From assembly GCF_009914755.1 (NCBI RefSeq), contig NC_060927.1: a stretch of 64,000 bases of DNA; one strand, written 5' to 3'. Each line of letters begins with the position of its first letter. Within the stretch, counting starts at the first letter, position 1. Source of the stretch: the human T2T-CHM13v2.0 reference genome, Homo sapiens. The position numbers and the translations under genes are program-made. This document shows, piece after piece, positions 13,290 through 26,008 of the stretch. Under the pieces are notes generated by a model, which saw only the letters and a list, made by a program, of their open reading frames with translations, was not told the DNA's origin and made no database searches.

Positions 13290-13637
13290 GGCCAGGTGTG
13301 GTGGCTCACGCCTGTAATCCCAGCACTTTGGTGGGCTGGGGTAGGCAGATCACTTGAGGTCAGGAGTTCGAGACCAGCCTGGCCAACATGGCGAAACCCC
13401 ATCTCTACTAAAAATAAAAAAAAAAAATTAGCCAGGTGTCATGGCGCATGCCTGTAATCCCGGCTACTCAGGAGGCTGAAGCAAGAGAATCGCTTGGATG
13501 CAGGAAGTGGAGGTTGTGGTGAGCTGAGATTGCACCATTGCATTCCAGCTTGAGCAACAGAGAGAGACTCCATCTCAACAGCAACAACAACAACAACAAC
13601 AACAACAAAAACAAAAAAAAAAAAAAGAAAAGAAGAA
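13290..13637 (+). mobile_element. Full-length AluS with (CAA)n/A-rich tail
   Basis: GGCCAGGTGTGGTGGCTCACGCCTGTAATCCCAGCAC; TSD AGAAACCA(G/A)TTCT at 13276-13288 and 13638-13650. Confidence 0.96.
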
Positions 13638-14472
13638 AGAAACCAATTCTCTGCAGTAATATATTGTCTTGCTTTTATAGTTGTCTTTTTAAGCCTATTG
13701 GGTCCTTGAGCATTTTATGTGGTGATTTCATTTCCATTCTAACTGACTGTTCCAGACAGATGATATGCCTTTATGGTGACGGAATACCCTGGCTTTATTG
13801 ACTCAGTAGGAACAGTTGTATTCCATCTCAATACAGATTACTGCAGTTACAGTGTCTGCTTATTTCTTGTCACTCACCTACACAGACTGAACTAGACCAT
13901 CCTAGGAGAAAAGTCAAAGCTATATTTGGAAATTTGAAACCCTCTTTAAAAGCAGCTAGATGTTCATTGAATCCTAGATTGTGTCAGTACAGTGTACAAA
14001 TTTAAATTTAGGATATGTTGCATTGTATTTTTTTCCTGGTATACCTCCCATAGATATATTTTATGCCTAGATCGCAAAATTTGAACTTTTGGAAATTAGA
14101 ATATCTGAAGATTTGACTTAAGTGTACTTTGTGATGCATTAGTGTGAAAAATCTTAATTGTTCCTTTCCCTCTCATTTTGGCTTCAGAGATCATCTGTGG
14201 TTGACTTATTTATTGTTGAGCATATTGAGGAGCTCTTTCATTTCATTAGTACCCAGTGATTTTCAGAGTAGACCTAAATAGGTCTACTATTTACTGCTTC
14301 CGTGATTAAGGCTTCATGCAACTTCTTTTGTGTTATCTTTTTCTTTCATATCTTCCCTGGTGAAGTCTGTTTAGATGATGAGATTCAAATTGTCATATTC
14401 TTAGAGTAGAACCTTTACTTTGCCTGTACAATCGATGTGTATTGGATCCTCATCTCTCACACACAGGCTAAA

Positions 14473-14632
14473 TCAGTGATCCTCAAACGTTCATTGTACT
14501 TCAGAATTATCTAGGAATTAAAACAAAACAAAATAATAGTGCACATGTTTCTCTCCACAGAGAGATAATTGCATTTTTTTTCCCAAAGCTTTCAAGGTGA
14601 TTTGAATGTGCATCCAAGGTTGAGAAATAATG
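14473..14632. mobile_element. MER5-family hAT MITE, decayed
   Basis: Ends CAGTGATCCTCAAAC and GGTTGAGAAATAATG; internal CAAGGTGATTTGAATGTGCATCCAAG. Confidence 0.6.
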
Positions 14633-14785
14633 GATTAGCCAAAGGAACAGAATGTCTCCTTAAAGCAGCCCATAGCAACAAACCATATAGATTTTGCTCA
14701 TTTGTGTATCTTAAAGTTACATAATTTATTATCTAAAGCACTCTTCTATATAAGCCATAAGTTTTTGGCTGTTTTTGTTGTTAGA

Positions 14786-14787
<2 letters not shown>

Positions 14788-14817
<30 letters not shown>
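14788..14817. repeat. (TG)15 microsatellite
   Basis: Seen directly. Confidence 0.97.
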
Positions 14818-14819
<2 letters not shown>

Positions 14820-15501
14820 GGCTATTTCTTGACCTTTACTTCCCTTACTTCCATCTTGGAGGTTAAAAGCCAAATTATCTAGGCTAGGTGTCAGGTTCTT
14901 TTCCAGTAGGCCAAGGATTCTTAGCAAACTCTTAGGGAATAAGAAAGTATGCTCTGGCAGCCGTAAACCTTGACCTCTTTTGTATCCTGTCAATTATATG
15001 GCTGCTTCCTTTACTAACCCTGTTGCACACAAACTTCACCTTCTTTAGCAGCTTCTTCCTACTCTGTGTTCCATCAGTGCATTCTTTGATGTTTCAGTTT
15101 TCATATATGGATTCTAATCCAAATGAGCAGAAATTGCTTTGTGATTATTGAGATTCCTAAGTACTTAGGATGTAATGCTAATAATTAATTGATGAATTTA
15201 GTGAAGAAAATGATTGTGACATGGAGAAAGAGTCTTTAACCAGCATGTGTGTGTATTCTCTGTCCTTACCAGGATGATGGTTCTGTTGCTGAGTACAGTA
15301 GCTAAGGAGGTACTGGTGACCTTCTCTGCTGGGGAGGAAGGACTTGTGACACAAAATACATATTTTCCTTCAAAAGCTGTTTATGGATGGAATTATAATT
15401 TTGTTCCAGTTAGTGAATACATATTGTAGAAAATATATACAGATAAAGAGAGTTGATTATGTAAAAGTCTTATTTGGGTTAAAAAAAAAACACATGACTT
15501 T

Positions 15502-16134
<633 letters not shown>

Positions 16135-17974
16135 AGCATTTTCTTTTATGCTACTTTTTTTGGTACATACATTTTATACTTGTATATGTCTAATTTTTGA
16201 GTTTCATTAAAAAAGGCTGAATCTAAGATATCATTGTTGGCCTTGCTAGCTAGTACATTTTTATATTGATAGAATAACTTTTTTTGCTATGTCAGTATTT
16301 TGTGTGGGCCTGTTTGAATATCAGTACTTCTTTCTAATGAAATAGCGTTAACTTAGTCGGGCAGCAAGGAACCTCTTGACATTTTGACTTTGAAGAAGCA
16401 TTGTTTTTCCTGTAGTGTTTTATACTGGATAGTTTATATAGGGTTGTTATTGAAATTGGATTCTTCACTTTTTTCCCTGTAAGTTTTAACATGTCATTTA
16501 GTGAATGTAAAGTTATGCAAAACGTTTATATTAAATAGACTTGTTAAGTATGTCTTTCTTATCTGCTACATGATTCCTACTGAGAGTGTTAATATTCACA
16601 TATTCATTTATGAAGTCTGTTATTCAGGAATATACCTATTTGTACCATAGTCTTCATTGTTGAATGATTGCTGTTAAAGAATGTATTACATAATGATATT
16701 TTGCATTAGTGAATGGAATATATCAATTTTCTTCTTTCCATTTCCTTTTTGTATTAGAGGAAAAGTTCCAAGATATAAGGAAGTAGGTCATGGTATCTAT
16801 AAACTGCTGAGGAACTGAAGTGTATATTATGAAGTAAAGATTGAAGCTCAGTTGCCCTCTAGGGGTTCAATTTTAACACAGCACATGTAGAAATAATTTA
16901 CTGAGATCTTGGGGGAAGGGTAGATCTGCTGAATGTGGGAGCCTATTTTTCATTTTCTGTTAGAGCCTGACTGGTCATTAAAAAGCTGGTTTTGATTATT
17001 TATTGCAAAAGAGAAGAATATATCCCAGTTTTGTAATATACAGACAGTTTAATGAAACATCCTTTTTGTTTGCTTAATTTTAAAGTCAGGGCTTTTGTGC
17101 TGGAATAATCCAACCGTCAACACATTTTCAGGTATTATTTGGTGACCAATTCTCGGATTCTTTCTAACACTCTTTTGTCTTCTCAGTGTCACCTCTATAG
17201 CACTTTTAAATCAGCTTCCTCCCTTATTCTGCCCAAATCCAAGAACAGACTCCAGTGAAGTGGCTTCTTCATGAATCCTCTCTACGTTTTATGAGATGTG
17301 ATCATCATGAAACTTTTCCTTTTGGTTTCAGCACCTTTGACTGGCATCTTTGTCTGGATTAGTAAGACTATTTCTCTCAGTTTGAAACAGAATGGCTACT
17401 GGCTCTCTAGTTTAATTGATACCCAACTTTGTATTGATTGAGGTCCACATAATTTATGTTGGAATCTTTCTCTGGTGCAAAGTGCTCTACTTTGTAATTG
17501 CAGAGTTAGACTCCTACTGTTTTGGTAAGAGGGAGCAAATTTTTTTTTCCTATTATTGAAAATGTTAACTTTGACTTGTGTAAATAGTAAATATGTTTAT
17601 TGTATGTGCAGATATTTACATGTTTTAAATAAGCACATTTCTATACTAAATTTGAAAATTCACATGGTTATTGGTATACTTTAAAAAGATTTGTGTGTTT
17701 TAATATATGCTCTTTTATTCCCTTCGAAGGATGCTATAAACTTTACTCCTTTTAATATATATTGGTTTTTATTTTTACCGTTATATTGAGCTTTTCTATT
17801 TTTTTCCTGATGATTTTGGAAAAACCTCCATTATTAATGGTCAGAATCTTTAGTTTTTATCATTGATTTATAGTAATTTTATTTTTAAAGTTCAGTTTTT
17901 ATGTGTTATTTTACACTCTGAAAACCATGATTGAATTTCAATGTATATTAAAATATTAAATTGGCTATAATATA

Positions 17975-18185
17975 GCTCTGTGCTGTCCAGTATATTAGCC
18001 AGTAGTCACATTGCCTATTTAATTTTAAATTAATTAAAATTATATAAAATTTAAAATTGAGTCTCGTAGTGGTACTAGCCACATTTCAAATGCTCAATAG
18101 CTGCATGTGGCTTGTGGATACCACATACGACAATGCAGACATCAATCATTTCCATCGTTACAAAAAAAATTATTGAACAGCTCTG
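17975..18185. mobile_element. MER3 (hAT-Charlie MITE)
   Basis: CTGTGCTGTCCAGTATATTAGCCA..CTAGCCACATTTCAAATGCTCAATAGC..CATTTCCATC..TATTGAACAGCTCTG. Confidence 0.82.
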
Positions 18186-20844
18186 GTATTGATATATGAA
18201 TCTTCTTCAACGTGTTTTTAAAAATACGTTAATACTGGTAGTTTCCTGTGTAAAATGAAACATGAAAATGTTATATGTCTTTATTTTATTAAAAGATATT
18301 TTGGAAATAACTAAATTAAAAATGATCACATGTGAAGTGAGTTTACCTTTATCATAAAGAGTAGCATATATTTCTGATTATGAGCCAAGTGATATCAAAT
18401 AATTTAATAAAATTATATATTTTGACGTGTGTAAATACATCTACTTTATCTCCATCTTGTGGTAGAAGTATCTGAAAATCCTGTTAAGAATATCATTAAA
18501 GCTTATTCATTTTTACATTGACTTATCCTTGCTCTTTCTCATTACCGTAAATGTAACATTAAGTGTTAAATGTTTCTTTAGGAAATTTTGGGTCTTACTA
18601 AAGGAGCCAACTGAAAATAATTTTAGGTTTTATAGTTACTATTGAAGGTAAATGTACAACTGCAACTGCCACATTTTGACTGTGTGTTGGAATATTAAAA
18701 CAAGGAATATAAACATTTAAATCATAGTTGAGAGGAAAAACAAAAAAGAAAGCTTTAGCTGCTTCATTGCAAATGTAGCTTTGTGTTGTTAAAGAGGATT
18801 ATGATGAATACATTTGTGTGATAAATTTATAAAGTTTGATAAATTGTTTCATACTGACTAATATTTTTTATAATTTTTATTTTTATAATTTTTTAAAGTA
18901 TACTCACAGTCCTTTTGTGGATAATTATGATTGTAAGAATATTTTTGCAAGTAAATGAAAAAGTGATTATTAAAACACTTTGTAAACTGTAGCATTTTAT
19001 ACAAATACATAATCTTATCTTTTAAAAATATATAATATGAAATATTTGGTTGGGAAGACCATCTCAGAGGTTTAAAAACATATTTCCAATCAGGTCTATT
19101 TGTATCATTCTTTTATTTTCTTTTTATTTTTTTGATGAGTTTCTTTAAATATATTTTTAAAATTTTATGTTCTTTGAGGTTTTTTTTAAGTTTTTGAATT
19201 AAGACTAATACAGTCTGCAAAGCAGTATTAATTTAGAGTTATGTTTCAATATAGAAAAGTCTCGATGAGTGCTCTAAAAATTCTGAAAGAATTTTTTTAG
19301 TTAAATTCTAAGATTTCAGGAAGAATTTTGTGTAGCAAATAAACTTTAGCTAGGTATCATTTAGATAGTTTCTTTTTAAAATTCGTTTTGTTTATCTTAC
19401 TAAGTATTGGGGAAGGAATAGTCTGTGAAATGGAAACACCTAAATTATTTATTAAAAGATATTCCAAGTAGGTAGTAAGATATAAAAGCCGAGTATAACA
19501 TGAGATATTTGTAGGACAATGAGAAGGTTAGTTTAATTATATAAAACAATTTAGTTGCCATTTAGGGTCGTATTTTGGTGCTCCTTGAAAGCCAGGCAAA
19601 GAATTTTAGAAGTCATATAATAGAAAACGGATTTTTATGCTGCAAAGATCTTTATTTAGGGAGAAAGTCTGTGATCTCAGAAACTTAACGTTAGATGAAG
19701 CCTGTGAGGTTAACTACTACCAATGCAGGAATCTTTCTAACAATATGTGAGACTTCATTTTCAATACCTCTACTCTACTTCAGGCTTTCAGTATTTACTT
19801 CCTTTTTGCATTTTATTGTTGTGGGGGAAAACAACATCATGCTTTTAATAAAAAGGATATTCAATTTATGTAAGTAATGTAGAAAATATAAAATGCATTC
19901 CAAAAATTACTCTAAATTCTACCATTCACAAAGACAGACATCTCTCTGGGAACAAAAGGATAATACAAAGGGATTATATTATATACACTACTTTTTTAGT
20001 GGAATTTATAAAACAAAAGATTTGCTAAAGTTTATGTAAATGTTTCTTGATAAAAGGTTACTTGCCTCCATTACAAGAAAACATATGAAACCCACTGACA
20101 AGTTTGAGTGATTATGTTTTAACTCCATATTCTAATTTTGAACAGTATTGAGTGATTCCCTTGTATGAAAGTACAGTTATACTTCCCCCACCTTTTCTCT
20201 TTCAGGTCCCAGTTTCTGTAAGTTGTAATTTTACATTGTCATAATTTATAATACTTATATTCTTGTCTGTAACCATAAATCCAGTGCTCATCACATTTTG
20301 CTTTAAAAATTTTTTTTTGATCTGTTGCTTGATTTTATTGCCAATAGTTAATTTAATAAGAGTCTTTGGGTTCTAGAATCCTTGATATCTTTCATGGTTG
20401 GGAATGACTGCTTGTTGCCTAATAGATTTGTGACATGTAGAGTGGATATAATATTGTCAGGTCGTATTTTCTGTACCTCAGAACTTTGTAGATACACATT
20501 GCATCAGTATTTTATGACATTAAATGTTGCTCTGGGAAGTCTGAGAGCAGCCTGATTTTCATCCCCACCCCACCTTGCAATCATCCTACCATAGGTGACG
20601 TGATTTTTCTGGTTGGATCCTAGAAGAATTCTTTCTGTATCCTTGAGTTTGGAAGCTTAACTGGGATATATCTTGTATCAGTTCTTTCTGGAACATACTG
20701 TGCCCTTTTGGTTTGTACATTTTTTTTAATCAGAAAACTTTTCTTAAATTATAATTGAAAATGTTTTTTGTTTCCTTTTTCTGGGGGAATTTTTTTCCTC
20801 AGAGATAACCAATCATCCTTGGAACTTTAAAACGAGGATTAACA

Positions 20845-21402
20845 TTTGATGGTATTTACTGCATAACTAATTATTCCAAAATGTAGTGGCTTAAAAGAGC
20901 ACATATTTATTAATCTCATAGTTTCTGTGAGTCAGGTATCTCGGTATGACAACTGGGTCTTCTGCTTCAGTTTCTCACAAGGCTGCAATTAATGTGTTGG
21001 CTAAGGAGGGTCTGTGGTCTCATCTGAAACCTTGACTGGGGAAGCATCTGCTTTGAAGGTCACTCATGGTTGTTGGCAGCATTCAGTCTTCTGTAGGATG
21101 CTGGGTTGATAGCCTTACTTCCTTCCCACATGAGCCTTTTCCACATGGCAGTTTACTTCATCAAAACAGGCAAGCCAAGAAGACCAGAGAGAACATCTGG
21201 TAAGACATGCCACAGTCTTTTGTAACTCAGTCATAGAAGTGACATCCTGTCTGCATTACCATACTCTTGGTTAGAAGCAGATCACTAGGTTAGAAGCCTG
21301 CTTAATGGGAGGGGTGACATGGACATGAAGGACATGAACAATAGGAAGCTGGGATCATTGGAGGCCATCTTGGAAGCTGTCTTCCAAAATAGTTGCCTAC
21401 CA
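20845..21402 (-). mobile_element. MLT1F-like MaLR solo LTR, embedded in an older L1M-like fragment
   Basis: TAGTGGCTTAAAA..ATCTCATAGTTTCTGTGAGTCAGG..CTCACAAGGCTGCAAT..CTTGACTGGGGAAGCATCTGCT..GGGATCATTGGAGGCCATCTTGGAAGCTG. Confidence 0.8.
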
Positions 21403-23656
21403 TGCCTTGGTTTTCTCTGTTTGCATTAACCTTTTTTTCCCCTCTATATTTACTGTGATTATCTTGAGTAATTTAAATAAAATTTTTCATTTGAATTTTA
21501 GCTGTGTCTATGCTATTTCTTTTATGTTTCTAATATATTTATTAGCACTGTTACAGATTTGTTTTGGTCTTCAATTTATCTCTTCTGTCATCTCACTCTG
21601 TTTTATCAACTATTCCTTGAAGTCTAGTTTTCTTGAATTTATGTTTTTATTAAGTTCTAATAGAGTGTGACATTTGAGATGAATCTTCTTTTTCCTTAGG
21701 CATGTTTGCAGAGTTGCCTTGCTGTTTCTCTGAAAAATTGTGGGTGAATGCTCTTTAACACTTCTGCCACCTTTTTCTGATGTTTGTTTTCTCCTGTGGG
21801 CTATATTGTGAAGGCTGGGGTGTTCTTTTATGTACTTTCCTGAAGCCTGAGGGAGGGGGAGAGGGAGCACATGGCCAATGCAGTGTTTTTGTTAAGTAGC
21901 CTTCAGGAATGTTTCCTCTTTTCTGTGGGGTTACCTTTGGGTTATCTTCTCTATTAAGTGTGGATCCCTGAAAAATGGCATACCCTGGTGGTTTTTCTAG
22001 CCCCTGCTGAAATCCTTTGAAGGTGGGTAAAGGTTTTTTTATACTAAGTGTTTTTGTTTTGTTTTGTTTTGTTTTTGTTTTTGCTTTATTTTTCTGTGGG
22101 CTATTTGTGCCCTCAGTCTACTTCTCTCAAAAACAAAGAGTGTTTTTAGCGGGAATTTGCAAGGTATTTTAACTCATTTTCTTTCCCCAGTGCATTCTAG
22201 GAGCTAGGATCCATGGCATGTTGAGCCTTGCCAAAATCTTTCCTTTTTTCCTACTTTTTGAAATTTATAGTATAATACTATCACCCTTTTATGGCATAGG
22301 GGCAGCTAGCCAATTTCTGTCTTTTTAAAACTCTGTTTATCTTATAGAATATTGAGGAAGAGTTTAAGAGCTTACAATATCTTGCAGTTTTACCCAAAAC
22401 TGTCTTCAATATCTTTTCAATTATTTTATTAGCATGAAGACTAGTTTTTTCTATCTAGAAAATTTCTTTTTCTCCTTCTTCCCTGATTTTACCCTTATCC
22501 TAAACGTTGTTGCTAGGTAAAGCTTTTTCAATTGATCATTTTAGTTCATGTCATTCCCCACTGCTTATGATCAAGCCTAAGCTCTTATATTTAAGGTCAC
22601 CTGGGTTTTTACTTCAGCTTACTTTAGTGATGATAGTCTCATTCCCTTTCTTGAATTTTCTTTTCTGGATAAATTTAAATATTTTCTATTTTCCCATAGA
22701 TGCCTTAGGTAGATTTCTAAGATGTGGTTAGTATATAATAGGATGTTTGTATACATTATGGTTTTTAAAAAGACCCCTTAATCTCTTTATTGCCTTTCTG
22801 TAGGAATGTACTTATTTGTCAAGATTCGTCTAAAAATGTGGTCTCCAGAAATGAACATAGATGTGCTGTGAGCTCCTTGCAGTTGTGATTGCGACACTGA
22901 TAATTAAGATTGGTTTAGTTGTTCTGTTGTACTTCATCAAATTGTTGATTCACATTGAATTTATCAAACGTCATTCTATTCTAAAATGTGAAAGTATTTT
23001 TAACTTAAATGTAGGAATTCGCATGTATCCAGGTAAATTTTACCTTTAAACATTTTTTTGCTCTGGTTGTCCATACTATTGAGAGTATTTTGAATCTCCA
23101 GTCAGTTCTCTCTTGTATCTATATATGCTAAACATACCTTTAATGATTTCCTATACATCTCTAAATAGTAATTTTGTGGGAACGTTAAGTGCAGTAGTTC
23201 TATTACTTTGCATCCTTTTAATTTCATATAGTTCTGTTTTCTTCCCCGTGTCTGCCTGGGTGACATGAGAGATTAAAGACTGTGGTTGTTCTGTGTATGG
23301 GCTCAAGCTGGATGGAGGAGTTGATATTAGAGAAAAGAGAAGCTTTCCATTTGATTAAGCTACAAATTGGGGGGCCTTTTTTTTTTTTTTGAGTGGCTGG
23401 GGATGTGACAGAATGGGAAGCATCAAAGGGAACTTTGGCAGAACTTGGTAATTGAAGAGAAAACCACTGAAGAGAAGCATGATGATGCCAGGAGTTTGAT
23501 TTCAAATGATTTGTAAGAAACAGTGAACCAGGACACATTAAGTTTGAGGTAGATGGTTGTAAGATATCAAGAAGATACTCATCTTTAACGAAAATTTGCT
23601 TTTGAGGCTTATGTTCTAGATTTTAAAACAAAACACACAGTCTTTTAAAAATATTC

Positions 23657-23971
<315 letters not shown>

Positions 23972-24501
23972 TGAAAACCTGTGTAGTTCTGTAAAATCTT
24001 TGTTAACTGTCTTCCTAAGACCTTTTATATTTTACATATAGCATTAAATTTGAACTATATGGATTTCAAATAAAAGAAGAGAATAATTGCTATTTTCGAA
24101 GAACTCATTTTAATTGGTTAGAGTAAATATGAAGGCAGTGATTTTTGTAAAATGGCCTTTAACATATTAATGTCTGGTTATGTAGAAAGTGCTGTAACAG
24201 GATCATCTGTTCTACTATAACTTCATGTATGCCTATTAATGATACATAACTGTGGAGCAATAATGTAAGTGAGCTCTGTCAAAAAAATTACATAAATGAA
24301 TTGCAGTCAGGAGAACCTTACTCAGTGGTTATGTATACAAAATTTACCCCCCCTTGATATGAAAAAATTTTTTATAATTGCTTTATTTTCTTACGGAATA
24401 GGCTTCTAAAGTTGCGAATTGTATTATTGTTAAGTAGCAAAATTTGGGGGTAGTATTTCCTTTTTGTCATGTGAAATAAATTTTTCTCTTTTACAATACA
24501 G

Positions 24502-24597
24502 GACAAGTAAATTTTTGTGAAACATTGCAGATGTTAGATGGATTTGGGAGAATTTTCCAAACTAAGTGGACGAACTTATATAGCTACATAAATAGTA
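24502..24597 (+). CDS. CMC1: Candidate in-frame CMC1 cassette exon (96 nt, +32 aa)
   Basis: Acceptor TTTTTCTCTTTTACAATACAG, donor GTGAGT; length is a multiple of 3 and stop-free in the phase-1 frame required by exon 46400. Prediction only. Confidence 0.45.
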
Positions 24598-25519
24598 GTG
24601 AGTACCAGAAGTTTATTAATTTGCTTATATTACATAAAAATAAAATGCTTTAGTCATGAGTTAAAAAGCTAATGGAAACTCATGTAGGCAAGTTAAAGTC
24701 AACATAAAGTAATAATACCAGAAATCCTAAATTTGCTGTATTTCAGTCATTTTTATGAATTAAAAAAATCTTTTTAACTTGTGGTTCTTTATTTTTTCCA
24801 TTTTCGCTTTAGGAAATTTGTTTGTGTTCATTGAGTTGGGTAAAATAGAAGACTTAGGTTCTTAGTGCATTTTGATATGACTCCTTCTAGATTTGTCATT
24901 CTAAAACATCAGACAGGATTCGGGTTGCCTATTACTCAGAACTAGTTATATTAGAACTCAGGCTTTGGGTATTAACTGAACCCTTCTTTCTTTGTTACCC
25001 ATAGAGAAGTTACAGAGATGCTTAGTTTACAGTGCTGATCATTATTGTTATTTTTTTTTAAAACAAAACAAAACAATCTGTAGACAGGAAGGAGCAAAGA
25101 ATGCAGTGTTCACGCTGTGCTACCCCAGAAATACCTTTAGTGAATAATGTTTTTCTAACAGACTCATTTTAACGTGAGCTCGTTTTTACTCTTAAGTGTG
25201 TAAGCCATTTTTAATGTATGTCTTTTGTCTCCTTGGCCTTTACTTTCATTTTAGTGACATTGTGAAATTAAGCCCTGTCTGATTCCCACAAGAGTAACTT
25301 AGGTACTTTTACATTAGCGTTAGTAGCTATGCCTTCTCTTTAGACTAGGCTACCTTACCCATGTTGTGTTTAGGAATTCGTATGAAAATTTATTCTTATC
25401 TACAGTTATTTTTTTCTTCATGCCCATTTTCCTTGAAAATATTTAATTATAGAATTAGAAACTTCAGTATCGGTATCACATCACTGGCTATAAAAACTAT
25501 GTTACTGATTTATTTACTT

Positions 25520-25788
25520 CCTTTAAGTTTTTCCCCAAAAATCTCCTTAGAGGGGCCTACCTGGATGACCCTACTGAAAATGTAACCTACTAGGTCCTTC
25601 CTCCTATAACTTCCTACACCCCTTAACTTCTCTCTCTTTTTCTGTAACTCTTACCACATTGTAACATACTGCTCAATACTCCTTTTAGAATAAGAGATCC
25701 TGGTTTGTTTTACTCATATATCCCTAGAACCTAAAACAGGCTTGGTACATAGAAATGTTCAGTAAATATTTAACAAAAGAATGAATTA
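25520..25788 (+). mobile_element. LINE-2 3' end
   Basis: TATATCCCTAGAACCTAAAACAGGCTTGGTACATAGAAATGTTCAGTAAATATTTAACAAAAGAATGAAT resembles the L2 terminus. Confidence 0.72.
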
Positions 25789-25796
25789 AGAATATA

Positions 25797-26008
25797 CAGT
25801 TTCCCTCGGTATCCACAGGGGATTAGTTACAGGATGCCCGTCCTTCTCCAGGAAGCCAAAACCTAAATCCCATGAATACTGTATTTTTTATCTGTGTTTG
25901 GCTGTGGATATGGAACCCACAGATAAGGAATGGTATTTATTGGGGGGGAAAAACCCATGTATAAGTGGACCTGTGCAACTCAAACCCATGTTGTTCAAGG
26001 GTCAACTG
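25797..26008. mobile_element. MER8/Tigger2-type TcMar MITE
   Basis: TA-CAGTTTCCCTCGGTATCCACAGGGGATT..GTATAAGTGGACC..CAAACCCATGTTGTTCAAGGGTCAACTG-TA; TIRs and TA target duplication. Confidence 0.85.

Noticed and set aside
13538-13801. ORF with poly-Asn/poly-Lys
   Set aside because: Translation of an Alu (CAA)n/A tail.
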